Below, piece by piece: positions 1 through 10,360 of a stretch of DNA of 64,000 nucleotides; positions within the stretch are counted from its first letter, which is position 1, and the number at the start of each line of letters is the position of its first letter. Under the pieces are notes generated by a model. It saw nothing but the letters and a program-made list of their open reading frames with translations. It had not been told where the DNA came from and ran no database searches. The stretch is from Cenarchaeum sp. (GTDB lineage: Archaea; Thermoproteota; Nitrososphaeria; Nitrososphaerales; Nitrosopumilaceae). The stretch is taken from the NCBI GenBank assembly GCA_965212015.1, contig OZ243037.1, positions 32,001 to 96,000 of the forward strand, in the 5' to 3' direction. The position numbers were made by a program, and so were the translations under genes.

Positions 1-822
1 GGCAAATTCGGTGGTAGATAGATTCACAATAGATCCGTTAAAATCAGTATAGATCACAACCCCACCTCCAAGTCCTACGGAATGGGTTGTTGCAGGAGAG
101 ATGGAAAAGAAACCCGAGTCATACTGGTAATAGTCATCCGTTATAGGCTCGTGAATTGCCATCTGAATGGTCATTGGCTCGCCTTTGAATTCGAATTCGG
201 CAGAATGATGTGCATATATATAATATGGCGGATAGAAACGTGTATTCAAAACCTTGGTCACATATGAAACATTGGGGCCCGGGAATTCATAGTTTGCCGA
301 AGATAGAACGAGATAGAAGTGATTGATAGGACAAACTTTGTCCCATATTTCTTTTGCAGTGTCATATTCTCTATTGTATTTTGTGTTGAATTCATCGATT
401 TGTTCCTGCGTCAGATCATATGATGATGTTATGGTGACATCAAAGATTTCACCAATATTTACTGAACGTGGTAATGATAATTCAGTGGAGCTAGGAAGTA
501 TGCAGTATGGTAATTTGCCGAGTTCAGCAATACTAGATATGCTGTCAGATGCTAGCGGCAAAGATGTCGCAGTAATTCTTGAATTATCACTGTTTTCACT
601 ATTGAAATATGTGGATTCATTTTCAAGTGTAGTAATGGTTTTTGCGGTCCATCCCCTCTCCAAGAGTGTGGCAAACGTATCATCAAAGACGCAGGCCGTT
701 TTTCCACTTGGCGATTGTATGGGATTTTTGTCCTCGCTGCACCGTACGGCAGATGCATCGGGTATGGCAATCATCCCTACTGCCAGTATTGCCAGAATTC
801 CCAAGATTTTGAACATTGTCAT
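1..822 (-). CDS. Secreted hypothetical protein, partial (runs off the left edge)
   Basis: Hand translation from ATG 822 is open to position 1: MTMFKILGILAILAVGMIAIPDASAVRCSEDKNPIQSPSGKTACVFDDTFATLLERGW... Signal peptide plus a C-x-SGKxACV-x-LLERGW module typical of thaumarchaeal exported proteins. Absent from the ORF track because there is no stop in the window. Confidence 0.8.
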   Translation of the reverse strand, partial: MTMFKILGILAILAVGMIAIPDASAVRCSEDKNPIQSPSGKTACVFDDTFATLLERGWTAKTITTLENESTYFNSENSDNSRITATSLPLASDSISSIAELGKLPYCILPSSTELSLPRSVNIGEIFDVTITSSYDLTQEQIDEFNTKYNREYDTAKEIWDKVCPINHFYLVLSSANYEFPGPNVSYVTKVLNTRFYPPYYIYAHHSAEFEFKGEPMTIQMAIHEPITDDYYQYDSGFFSISPATTHSVGLGGGVVIYTDFNGSIVNLSTTEFA

Positions 823-962
823 TGGATATGATGGGAAATCATGATAGATAAATAAATCGTGACAAGAGGCATTGTCCATTAATTTCACTTTCTGACACAC
901 TACACAGCAGATTTTTGGATGGTTTTTCCCACTTTGATCCCCTCAGAATTGCCGTTTTCCGG

Positions 963-1101
963 ATTGTCGGCAGATTTTGCCGACTTTGCCGACTTGTGGG
1001 CAGGCGTCGGTTTTTCCCCGTCTGCCGGCCTTTTCGGATTGTCGGCATTGTCGGCAGATTTTGCCGACTTTGCCGACTTGTGGGCAGGAGTCGGTTTTTC
1101 C
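963..1101. repeat. Two ~55-bp direct repeats (period 84) with internal GTCGGCA-N5-TGCCGAC palindrome
   Basis: ATTGTCGGCAGATTTTGCCGACTTTGCCGACTTGTGGGCAGG(C/A)GTCGGTTTTTCC at 963-1017 and 1047-1101. Confidence 0.9.
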
Positions 1102-1145
1102 TTAGTAATCTGAAGATCACGATTTTATGAAAGCGGTTAGATCTG

Positions 1146-1394
1146 GTGTCGACGGATCCAAATATCAACACGTCCGGCGCAAACCTCCATGTGTCCAAGG
1201 CGGTTCAGGACGCGTTTGTAAATGTAAACGAGGAGGACACAGAGGCGGCGGCAGTAACTACGGGTGGTATAACACTTGATTCGGCTACACTCGGGCCGAT
1301 ATTTGCCGCAGACCACCCGTTCATATTCATAATTCAGGACGGCGAGAGCGGCACAATACTGTTCATGGGACGGCTATCTGACCCTGCCGCATGA
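1146..1394 (+). pseudogene. Serpin C-terminal fragment (hinge, reactive centre loop and signature)
   Basis: LHVSKAVQDAFVNVNEEDTEAAAVT...FAADHPFIFIIQDGESGTILFMGRLSDP is the serpin hinge plus C-terminal signature. In-frame TGA at 1128; the N-terminal bulk of the fold is missing. Confidence 0.85.
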
Positions 1395-1585
1395 GCTTTC
1401 GCAAATTTGTCGTTTTCACCAAAAAACCGCAATCCCCCACTCACGCCATCACAAACCCGACGCATGTGCAAACCCGGACAGGGCGGGAATATCCCGTGAG
1501 ATCCCCCGGGTCCTGTCTTTATGGTTGTGCGCGGGGAATGTCAAAGTTATTATTCCTGACTGTACAAAACACGTGCTGATATAGA

Positions 1586-2038
1586 TTGATGGTCGCACCG
1601 GAGCTAAAAGTGACGCCGCCGCGCCGGCTCTACAGTTTCCAGGATCACGGCGCCGATCTCGCGACAGCTCAGGCGACAGGATACCAGGACATTACGTACT
1701 TCAAGTGCGATGCGACCATGCAAGTCAAGTCCGACGACGCAGTCCGCATAGATTTTTTGCAGGCCGCGCAGGAGATGCGGGGGCTGGGATGGGGGCACAA
1801 CAACCATTTCATCGGCTTTAACAACAACAGAACCGGCGAGTTCGTACAGTTTATGCACTATGGCAGGCTGGAATGGTACGCCGACGTCCCGATAGACAGC
1901 AAGAGCGGCGACTGGAAGGGGTATGTCTGGGGATGCCACACAGACACAGAGTCGGTCCTGAACACACTTGAGCTGTTCTTTGAGGAGGGCCAGTGGTTTG
2001 ACTCGCTTGACTTTGCCATGGGGAGATACAAAAAGTGA
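1586..2038 (+). CDS. Hypothetical protein
   Basis: 150-aa ORF with protein-like composition; overlaps the next gene by GTGA. Confidence 0.6.
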   Translation: MMVAPELKVTPPRRLYSFQDHGADLATAQATGYQDITYFKCDATMQVKSDDAVRIDFLQAAQEMRGLGWGHNNHFIGFNNNRTGEFVQFMHYGRLEWYADVPIDSKSGDWKGYVWGCHTDTESVLNTLELFFEEGQWFDSLDFAMGRYKK

Positions 2039-2229
2039 CGCGCAAGTGTCCGGAATGCAGCAGCGGTGATGTGGCCGAGATTGTATACGAGTATATGCAC
2101 ATTGACAAGAGGCTGCAAAAGGAGCTAGACGACGGCAGAATCTCACTGGGCGGATGCTGCATCGGCCCCTCTGATCCGCGCTGGAGGTGCAATGCGTGCC
2201 TTCACTCGTGGGGAAAAAGGCCGGACTAG
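2035..2229 (+). CDS. Small Cys-rich zinc-ribbon protein
   Basis: CPEC...IVY...LGGCC...PRWRCNAC...W pattern. Confidence 0.75.
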   Translation: MTRKCPECSSGDVAEIVYEYMHIDKRLQKELDDGRISLGGCCIGPSDPRWRCNACLHSWGKRPD

Positions 2230-2307
2230 CGCGCGCACCGGCGTTTGTGCAAGCGAGGCGGCCGCGTGCCGGGACAGATTTATACCTGAAAGGCAGCGTG
2301 TCTCCCC

Positions 2308-2940
2308 ATGCAGCTCTTGGGCCGGCTGGAGATAAAATCCAAGGACAAAATCATGCGGTTTCTTGGCGAGGAGCACGTAGGCAGGCTCTCCACCGTCGAT
2401 GACAACGGGTACCCGCAGATCATTCCGATGAACTTTGTCTATGTGGACGGTATGGTCTATATGCACTCGCACACGCGGGGCGAAAAGATAGACAATATCA
2501 GAAAAAACCGCAAGGCGGGATTCGAGGCAGACAGGGAGCTAGAGTTTCTGCCGTCGTACTTTGAGGATCCCGCAGATGCGTCGCTGGCAGACACGCTTTA
2601 CATCAGCATAGTAGTCAAGGGTGCGGCAACGCTGGTGGCAGACAGGGCAGAAAAGACGCTTGCGCTAAACGCGCTGATGGCAAAGTACCAGCCGGAGGGC
2701 AGATACGAGCCGGTGCGGCCAGAGATGGGCGTAATTGACGAGGTCGCAATAATCAAGATAACCCCCGAGAGCCTGCGCGGAAAATACAAGATAGGCCAGC
2801 ACCTCTCGCGGGAGCGCCGCGCGGCACTGGCAGGCAAGATCCATGCAAGAAACTCAAAGGGTGCGGCAGAGACCCTCCGGATAATGGGCTTTGCCGTCGA
2901 GGACGGAAGGCTTGTCATGAAAGACGAGCCCGTGTGGTAG
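2308..2940 (+). CDS. Pyridoxamine 5'-phosphate oxidase-like FMN-binding protein (NimA-like)
   Basis: GRLSTVDDNGYPQIIPMNFVY...YMHS...GEKIDNI motifs. Confidence 0.85.
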   Translation: MQLLGRLEIKSKDKIMRFLGEEHVGRLSTVDDNGYPQIIPMNFVYVDGMVYMHSHTRGEKIDNIRKNRKAGFEADRELEFLPSYFEDPADASLADTLYISIVVKGAATLVADRAEKTLALNALMAKYQPEGRYEPVRPEMGVIDEVAIIKITPESLRGKYKIGQHLSRERRAALAGKIHARNSKGAAETLRIMGFAVEDGRLVMKDEPVW

Positions 2941-2982
2941 CTGCCAATTGCTTTAAATTCCTTTTTTTGACATTCATTACAG

Positions 2983-4932
2983 TTGCAAGCCCAAAAATTC
3001 GAGATCGCATCTGACTTTGAGCCCAAGGGGGATCAGCCGCAGGCAATCGACATGCTGGTCCGGGGGGTGAAGGCCAAAAAAATCCAGACGCTGCTGGGGG
3101 TGACCGGCTCTGGAAAGACGTTCACCGTGGCAAATGCGATCGCGCGCACCGGAAAGAACACGCTTGTAATATCGCACAACAAGACGCTTGCAGCACAGCT
3201 GTACGCCGAGCTAAAGCAGTTCTTTCCCAAAAACAACGTGGGCTATTTTGTCTCGTACTATGACTATTACCAGCCTGAGAGCTATATAGCGCAGACTGAC
3301 ACATACATCGAAAAGGACACGCAGATAAACGAGCAGATTGAAAAGATGAGGCTAGAGTCCACTGCCATGCTGCTCTCAAAAGAGCCCACCATTATAGTCT
3401 CCACCGTCTCTTGCATCTATTCGCTGGGAAACCCAGTGGACTGGGAGGACATGGCCATAACGGTCCGGCGCGGCGCCACGATCGGCCGCGAGGAGCTGAT
3501 AAAAAGGCTGGTATCTGCCAGGTACGAGCGCAACGAGACTGAGCTGACGCCGGGAAGCTTTAGATCAAAGGGCGACACGATAGACGTCATACCGGCATAC
3601 TCGCAGGACATAGTCCGGATTGCGCTGTTTGGCGACGAGATTGAAAAAATATCCGTCCTGGACTGCATTACTCACAATGAAAAAAACAGCCCAGGGCAGT
3701 TCAAAATATTTCCCGCAAAGCACTATCTGATTGCAAAGGACGTGCGCAAAAGGGCGCTAAAGTCGATCAGGGCGGAGCTAAAGTCCAGGCTTCCGGAGCT
3801 AAGGGAGCTCGAAAGGCAGAGGCTGGAGATGAGGACCAGATACGATCTCGAGATGATCGAGGAGCTCGGATACTGCTCTGGAATAGAAAACTATTCCCGG
3901 CATTTTGACGCAAGGAGCCCCGGCGAGCAGGCGTTCTGCCTGATGGATTTTTTCGGGGAGGATTTTTTGCTGGTCATAGACGAGTCGCACGTGACCCTGC
4001 CGCAGCTTCACGGCATGTACAAGGGCGACCATTCAAGAAAGAGGGAGCTTGTGACGTACGGCTTTAGGCTTCCAAGCGCGTACGACAACAGGCCATTAAA
4101 GTTCGAAGAGTTCGAGCGGTACCTCGGAAACACGATATTCGTCTCTGCCACGCCGTCTGAATACGAGCGCAAAATGTCATACCGTACAGTCGAGCAGCTG
4201 GTGCGGCCCACGGGGCTGACAGACCCCGCAGTCGAGACCAGATCCACAAAAAACCAGATGGACGATCTGGTGTCAGAGATCGGAAAAAGGGCGCAAAAAA
4301 ACGAGCGCGTACTAGTCACCACCCTGACAAAAAGAATGGCAGAAGATCTCACAGAATACCTTGCAAAAAAACAAGTCAGGGCCAGATACATGCACTCTGA
4401 GATCGAGGGGCTGCAAAGGACAGAGCTGCTCAGGCAGCTGCGGCTAGGCGAGTTTGACGTCCTGGTGGGAATCAACCTGCTGCGGGAGGGACTCGACATC
4501 CCCGAGGTGTCCCTGGTCGCCATTCTTGACGCCAACAAGGAGGGGTTTTTGCGCAACTTTACCAGCCTGATTCAGACGTTTGGACGGGCGGCAAGAAACG
4601 TAAACGGACAGGTGATAATGTACGCAGATTCCGTCACCGATTCGATGAAAAACGCAATCCGCGAGACCCAGAGAAGAAAGCAGAGGCAGCTCCGGTACAA
4701 CAGGGAGCACAACATTACCCCGCAGACGATAACAAAGACTGTCCCGCAGCAGACCGTAGCGCTTGATGACATCAAACACAAGTCCTCGCACGATCTGAGC
4801 CGCGACGTAATCGAGCTAGACGCGCTGATGAGAAAATACGCAGAAGATCTCGACTTTGAGAGGGCCATCGAGTGCCGCGACAGGGCAAAAAGGATACAGC
4901 AGGAGATTGGGAGGAAAAATGAGGCAAGATAA
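2983..4932 (+). CDS. uvrB: Excinuclease ABC subunit B
   Basis: [46 protein letters not shown]. Confidence 0.98.
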   Translation: MQAQKFEIASDFEPKGDQPQAIDMLVRGVKAKKIQTLLGVTGSGKTFTVANAIARTGKNTLVISHNKTLAAQLYAELKQFFPKNNVGYFVSYYDYYQPESYIAQTDTYIEKDTQINEQIEKMRLESTAMLLSKEPTIIVSTVSCIYSLGNPVDWEDMAITVRRGATIGREELIKRLVSARYERNETELTPGSFRSKGDTIDVIPAYSQDIVRIALFGDEIEKISVLDCITHNEKNSPGQFKIFPAKHYLIAKDVRKRALKSIRAELKSRLPELRELERQRLEMRTRYDLEMIEELGYCSGIENYSRHFDARSPGEQAFCLMDFFGEDFLLVIDESHVTLPQLHGMYKGDHSRKRELVTYGFRLPSAYDNRPLKFEEFERYLGNTIFVSATPSEYERKMSYRTVEQLVRPTGLTDPAVETRSTKNQMDDLVSEIGKRAQKNERVLVTTLTKRMAEDLTEYLAKKQVRARYMHSEIEGLQRTELLRQLRLGEFDVLVGINLLREGLDIPEVSLVAILDANKEGFLRNFTSLIQTFGRAARNVNGQVIMYADSVTDSMKNAIRETQRRKQRQLRYNREHNITPQTITKTVPQQTVALDDIKHKSSHDLSRDVIELDALMRKYAEDLDFERAIECRDRAKRIQQEIGRKNEAR

Positions 4933-7744
4933 GCTAAAAATCCGCGGCGCCAGGCACCACAACCTCAAGAACCTGGATCTTGACATCCCAAAAAACAAGC
5001 TAGTAGTCATCAGCGGCCTGTCAGGTTCCGGCAAGTCCACGCTTGCCTTTGACACGATATACGCCGAGGGGCAGCGCCGGTACGTCGAGTCGCTCTCTGC
5101 GTATGCGAGGCAGTTTCTGGAAATGATGGACAAGCCAGACGTGGATTCCATCGAGGGCCTGAGCCCGGCCATATCGATACAGCAAAAGACCACAAGCAAG
5201 AACCCGCGCTCGACTGTGGGTACGACTACGGAGATTTACGACTATATGCGGCTGCTTTTTGCAAGGATTGGAGTACCGCACTGTACAAACTGCGGCAAAA
5301 AGATATCGAGCCAGTCCGCAGAGACCATCAGCGATTCCGTCCTGAGGGACTTTGGGGGCAAAAAGATAATGGTACTCTCGCCCATAGTCCGGCGCAAAAA
5401 GGGCACGTATGAAAAGCTGCTAGAGCAGGTAAGGCGCGACGGATACTCCCGCATCAGGATAGACGGCGAGGTGTTTGTACTGGGGGAAAAGATTCCGCCG
5501 ATGAACCGGCAGAAATGGCACGACATTGAGCTAGTAGTCGACCGGCTGCAGGCAGAAAAGTCGCAGAAATCAAGGCTCTTTGAGGGGGTGCAGACTGCCA
5601 TAAAGTCCTCCAAGGGATACGTCATGATAGCTGCAGACGGTCAGAGCAGGACGTTCTCGCAGAACAATGCGTGCCCGTACTGCGGCATAACAATCGGGGA
5701 GCTGGAGCCGCGGACGTTTTCCTTCAACTCGCCGTTTGGAATGTGCGGCGCGTGCAACGGCCTTGGCATAAAGATGGAGTTTGATGCCGACCTTGTAATC
5801 CCTGACAGGTCAAAGTCGATAATGGACGGGGCAATCGTGCCGTGGAGCGGGCGGTTCTCGTCGTTTAGGAGGCAGTCGCTGCGCTCGGTGGGAAAAAAGT
5901 TCGGCTTTGATCTAATGACGCCGATAAAAAAAATCAGGGCAAAACACCTGAGGATAGTGCTGTATGGTACGGACGAGCTCATCGATTTTGACTATCGCAC
6001 GAAATCCGGCGACTCGTCGTGGCAGTACAGGGACGGCTTTGAGGGCGTCATTGAAAACCTGCAGAGGGTGTTCATGGAGACAGAGTCGGAGCCAAAAAGG
6101 GACTGGCTCAAGCAGTTCATGAGGGACACGCCGTGCAACGCCTGCGGCGGCAAAAAGCTAAAGCCGGAGGCACTCGCAGTAAGGATCGGCACCCGGAACA
6201 TAATGGACGTCTGCGACCTCTCAATTGACCAGTGCCACGATTTTTTCGGCGATCTCAAGCTCACCGATACTGAGCAGTACATAGCGCAGGACGTCCTCAA
6301 GGAGATAAAGGAAAGGCTGGAATTTTTGAAAAACGTGGGGCTGAACTATCTGACGCTCAACAGGTCGAGTGCGACGCTGTCCGGCGGCGAGTCGCAGAGA
6401 ATCAGGCTTGCCACGCAGATAGGATCAAACCTGACCGGCGTGCTGTACGTGCTAGACGAGCCCACCATAGGGCTGCACCAGAGGGACAACCTGCGTCTGA
6501 TAAAGACGCTCACAAAGCTGCGCAACCTTGGAAACACCGTAATCATTGTAGAGCACGACGAGGAGATTATACGGAGCTCCGACTGGATAGTGGATCTGGG
6601 GCCCGGCGCGGGCGTCAACGGGGGCGGCATAGTCTTTGAGGGGACGGTCCGGCAGATAGTAAACGGCCGGGACTCTGTCACGGGAAAATACCTAAAGGAC
6701 AAGTCCCTCATCAACCTGACTGGCAAAAAAAGAACACAGTCCGGGACGATCACAGTCAAAAAGGCCCACGAGAACAATCTCAAAAAAATCGACGTAGAGT
6801 TCCCGCTGGGGCTGTTCGTTGCCGTCACCGGCGTCTCGGGATCCGGAAAATCCACGCTTGTCAACGAGATACTGCTAAAGTCCCTCGAGGCCAAGCTGTA
6901 CAAGGGCGCCAAAAAGCCCGGCAGGCACGAGGGGATTGCCGGCGCAGAAGACATCGACAAGGTAATCGCAATAGACCAGTCCCCAATAGGAAGGACGCCG
7001 CGATCGAATCCTGCCACGTACATCGGGGCCTTTACGCCGATAAGGGACCTGTACTCAAGTACTGAGCTCTCAAAGGAGCGCGGATACGCGCCGGGCCAGT
7101 TCTCCTTTAACGTGGCAGCCGGCAGGTGCTTTGCGTGCGAGGGCGACGGCGTAAAGCAGATAGAGATGCAGTTTCTCTCCGACGTCTATGTAAAGTGCGA
7201 CGAGTGCAAGGGAAAAAGATACAACTCTGAGACGCTGGCAGTAATGTACAAGGGAAAAAACATTGCCGACATACTGGACATGACTGCGCACGAGGCGCTA
7301 AAGTTCTTTGAGAACGTCCCGTCGATAAGCCGCAAGCTGCAGACGGTCCACGACGTGGGACTGGGATACATCAAGCTCGGACAGTCATCTACGACGCTCT
7401 CCGGCGGCGAGGCGCAGCGCGTAAAGCTGTCCACTGAGCTCTCAAAAAGGAGCACGGGGCGGACCGTATACATACTGGACGAGCCCACCACCGGCCTGCA
7501 CTTTGCCGACGTCCAAAAGCTGCTAGACGTCCTCAACCGGCTGGTAAACATGGGCAACACCGTGATTGTAATCGAGCACAATATGGACGTGATAAAAAAC
7601 TCTGACTGGATAATCGATCTTGGCCCCGAGGGCGGGGACGGCGGGGGGCAGATAGTGGCCGAAGGCACGCCTGCGCAGATTGCAGGCGCCTCTAAAAGCC
7701 ACACGGGAAGATACCTCAAAAAATTCATGCGAAATGGCCTTTGA
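4919..7744 (+). CDS. uvrA: Excinuclease ABC subunit A
   Basis: Two ABC cassettes ([21 protein letters not shown] x2) and zinc fingers; start set at ATG 4919 ([17 protein letters not shown]). Confidence 0.98.
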   Translation: MRQDKLKIRGARHHNLKNLDLDIPKNKLVVISGLSGSGKSTLAFDTIYAEGQRRYVESLSAYARQFLEMMDKPDVDSIEGLSPAISIQQKTTSKNPRSTVGTTTEIYDYMRLLFARIGVPHCTNCGKKISSQSAETISDSVLRDFGGKKIMVLSPIVRRKKGTYEKLLEQVRRDGYSRIRIDGEVFVLGEKIPPMNRQKWHDIELVVDRLQAEKSQKSRLFEGVQTAIKSSKGYVMIAADGQSRTFSQNNACPYCGITIGELEPRTFSFNSPFGMCGACNGLGIKMEFDADLVIPDRSKSIMDGAIVPWSGRFSSFRRQSLRSVGKKFGFDLMTPIKKIRAKHLRIVLYGTDELIDFDYRTKSGDSSWQYRDGFEGVIENLQRVFMETESEPKRDWLKQFMRDTPCNACGGKKLKPEALAVRIGTRNIMDVCDLSIDQCHDFFGDLKLTDTEQYIAQDVLKEIKERLEFLKNVGLNYLTLNRSSATLSGGESQRIRLATQIGSNLTGVLYVLDEPTIGLHQRDNLRLIKTLTKLRNLGNTVIIVEHDEEIIRSSDWIVDLGPGAGVNGGGIVFEGTVRQIVNGRDSVTGKYLKDKSLINLTGKKRTQSGTITVKKAHENNLKKIDVEFPLGLFVAVTGVSGSGKSTLVNEILLKSLEAKLYKGAKKPGRHEGIAGAEDIDKVIAIDQSPIGRTPRSNPATYIGAFTPIRDLYSSTELSKERGYAPGQFSFNVAAGRCFACEGDGVKQIEMQFLSDVYVKCDECKGKRYNSETLAVMYKGKNIADILDMTAHEALKFFENVPSISRKLQTVHDVGLGYIKLGQSSTTLSGGEAQRVKLSTELSKRSTGRTVYILDEPTTGLHFADVQKLLDVLNRLVNMGNTVIVIEHNMDVIKNSDWIIDLGPEGGDGGGQIVAEGTPAQIAGASKSHTGRYLKKFMRNGL

Positions 7745-9314
7745 CATAACAAGGACTGCAATCCCCAGTCATCCGGGCGTGTACCTGATGAAGGACGGCT
7801 GTGACAAAATCATATACATCGGCAAGGCAAAAAACCTCAAAAACCGCGTAAGGTCGTACTTTGTAAAGAACCAGAACTACAAGACAGAAAAGCTGGTCCA
7901 AAAGATATCCGACATTGAGTTCGTCCTGACTGACACCGAAAACGAGGCCTTTCTCCTGGAATCGAACCTGATAAAGCGGTACCGTCCAATGTACAACATT
8001 GAGCTCAAAGACCAGCAGCGCTACACCTACCTGAGGGTGACTGACGAAAAATACCCGCGGCTCCTGGTCACGAGAAGGATGAGGACCGGCAAGTTCGTCG
8101 GCACGGGCAGGATTTACGGGCCGTTTGTGCGCGGCAGCTCAAAGCTGCTGACTGTGGGCATGCTGCGCAAGTCCTTCAAGATCAGAATCTGCAAGACGCT
8201 CCCCAAAAAGGCGTGCCTAGAGTACCACCTGGGCAACTGCGAGGCGCCGTGCGAGTTTGCCGGCGCGCAGGAGAGCTATCCAAAAAACGTATCGGAGCTC
8301 GAGTCAATCCTGAAGGGAAAGCAAAAGATGCGGGACTATATCGCAAAGCTCAAAGGCGAGATGAGCCGCGCCTCTGACTCGCTAGAGTTCGAAAGGGCAA
8401 TGGAGATCCGCGACACCCTGAACCGGCTGGGCGGCCTGCACGGCGAGCAGAAAATGGAGTACATCCGGGACGCGCCAGACGAGGACTATTTCGGAGTCAG
8501 AACGGAGAATCAGACCGCACTGGTAATGTCCCTCAAGCAGACAAACGGGGTAATTCGTGACAGGGAGCGCTTTTCGTTTGACCTGGTCGCAGACAATACG
8601 TTTTCAAACTTTCTATACCAGTACTATACCACGCAAAAGATTCCCCGCTTTGTCATTGTCAGCCAGGCCCCCGACAAAAAGGCGGTCCTGGAAAAAATGC
8701 TTGCAAAAAGCGCAGGCCACGCAGTATCCATAGTGGTGCCGGCGCGCGGAAAGCGCAAAAAACTGATGGACCTGGTGCTCAAAAACATCGACCTGATACA
8801 GTCCGGGGGCGCAGAGCCTGCGCTAACCGGGCTGCAAGAGCTGCTCGGACTTGGGGCGGTTCCGCGCATCATGGAGTGCTTTGATGTCTCAAACCACGGC
8901 TCTGACTATGCAGTCGGCGCAATGTCGCGCTTTGTCGACGGGGCGCCTGACAGGGGGGGATACCGCAGATTCAAGATAAGGACGGTAAGGGGGCGGGACG
9001 ACTATGCAATGATGTCCGAAATCATACGGCGCAGGTATCTCCGGCTGCTCGATGAGCGCTCGCAGATGCCTGATCTGGTTGTTGTTGACGGCGGCGCGGG
9101 GCACCTAGAGTGCGCACTGCAGTCGCTGCGCGGAATTTCACTCAGTCTAATGTGCGTATCGCTTGCAAAGAAAAACGAGCAGGTGTTTGTGCCGGGGCGA
9201 AAAGACCCGCTGGTAATTTCGCGCCGTGATCCGTCGCTTCAGATTATACAGCACATGCGTGACGAGGCGCACAGGTTCGGCGTCGCATACAACAGAAAGC
9301 TGCGCAAAATCTAG
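7734..9314 (+). CDS. uvrC: Excinuclease ABC subunit C
   Basis: GIY-YIG (PGVYLM...IYIGKAKNLKNRV), FDVSN, PDLVVVDGG, RDEAHRF; ends before the HhH domain. Confidence 0.95.
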   Translation: MAFDITRTAIPSHPGVYLMKDGCDKIIYIGKAKNLKNRVRSYFVKNQNYKTEKLVQKISDIEFVLTDTENEAFLLESNLIKRYRPMYNIELKDQQRYTYLRVTDEKYPRLLVTRRMRTGKFVGTGRIYGPFVRGSSKLLTVGMLRKSFKIRICKTLPKKACLEYHLGNCEAPCEFAGAQESYPKNVSELESILKGKQKMRDYIAKLKGEMSRASDSLEFERAMEIRDTLNRLGGLHGEQKMEYIRDAPDEDYFGVRTENQTALVMSLKQTNGVIRDRERFSFDLVADNTFSNFLYQYYTTQKIPRFVIVSQAPDKKAVLEKMLAKSAGHAVSIVVPARGKRKKLMDLVLKNIDLIQSGGAEPALTGLQELLGLGAVPRIMECFDVSNHGSDYAVGAMSRFVDGAPDRGGYRRFKIRTVRGRDDYAMMSEIIRRRYLRLLDERSQMPDLVVVDGGAGHLECALQSLRGISLSLMCVSLAKKNEQVFVPGRKDPLVISRRDPSLQIIQHMRDEAHRFGVAYNRKLRKI

Positions 9315-9321
9315 CATTATA

Positions 9322-9933
9322 TTATTTCAGCTTTTCAAGCACCGAAAGGTTGACCAGGTTCGTCATTGTTATGCCCTTTCTGATGACGTCCCGGCGCGTC
9401 TTTTCGCAATACTTGTTTACGCTCTGGTGGCTCTTTTCGCTAGAGACTTCGAGCACCACGATGTTTCCGCTGTACGGAAAGACGAACTTTTGCGGGACCG
9501 TAGAGCACACCTCCATGTGGCAGATTCCTGCCTTGCCGATCTTTTCCTTTTTTGCAATGATTGACGCAATCTCGCAGATGTCCTCTGTCTCTACGTATTC
9601 CAGATAGTACACAGAGACAAAGTTCATGTTCTCCTGCGCTTCTCTCTCAAAGAGATCCTCATCGATGCTAAAGACAAAGGCCGCCTTTTCCTGCCTGTAC
9701 TTTTCAATCTTTTTGAGAATTCGCTCGTCGTTTTTGAACTTTGCAAGAAGATAGTGGTTGGCAGACGACGAAAAATACGGGCTGCTTTCGTCTGAGAACG
9801 TGGCGGTGACAAAAAACATGTCGTCAATGTCCTTTGAGTGTAGCCACTGGTCCTTTAGCTCGATGGAGTTGTGGTCGTGAATGTACGGGGTGCAGACATA
9901 CCCGCTTATGGTCCCTTGTGACACTGAATCCAA
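9322..9933 (-). CDS. Conserved thaumarchaeal hypothetical protein
   Basis: Coding-like ORF; likely TTG start at LDSVSQGTISGYVCTPYIHDH. Confidence 0.7.
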   Translation of the reverse strand: MDSVSQGTISGYVCTPYIHDHNSIELKDQWLHSKDIDDMFFVTATFSDESSPYFSSSANHYLLAKFKNDERILKKIEKYRQEKAAFVFSIDEDLFEREAQENMNFVSVYYLEYVETEDICEIASIIAKKEKIGKAGICHMEVCSTVPQKFVFPYSGNIVVLEVSSEKSHQSVNKYCEKTRRDVIRKGITMTNLVNLSVLEKLK

Positions 9934-10039
9934 CGTTCTGGACTGTCCATATTTAATATTTGTCCGCCTGCGCGCACGCTTGGCTGCGTTTTTCTGCCTA
10001 CGATAGTTATTTAATGCCAAGAAACCCCGAGGAATTTGT

Positions 10040-10160
10040 CCCAAGCTAGCTCAGCCTGGTAGAGCTTCCGGCTGTAGATGTCGGCTTTAGGCTGACCGTA
10101 CAACAGCATATCAGGCATACAGAGACCGGGTTGTCGAAGGTTCAATTCCTTCGCTTGGGA
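10040..10160 (+). tRNA. tRNA-Tyr(GTA) with canonical 37/38 intron (~10078-10124)
   Basis: CCCAAGC/GCTTGGG acceptor (C1-G72, A73), anticodon GTA at 10074-10076, T-arm GAAGG-TTCAATT-CCTTC. Confidence 0.93.
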
Positions 10161-10360
10161 CTCACAATCTTGTATCCGGCGCGCCGGTCCGTCTCTGGGT
10201 TTTGCGGCGCGCAGGCCGGCGACGATCAATGCCGCCGGTTCGGACTTGGAAAGTTTTCCGGCGCCGTTTTGCATTTTTAAAAAATCCTGCACCGCATGCT
10301 GCCAAATGATCACGGAATTTCTTCACAAGGTTTAATACCCTATATCAAAGGTTTGCGAAT

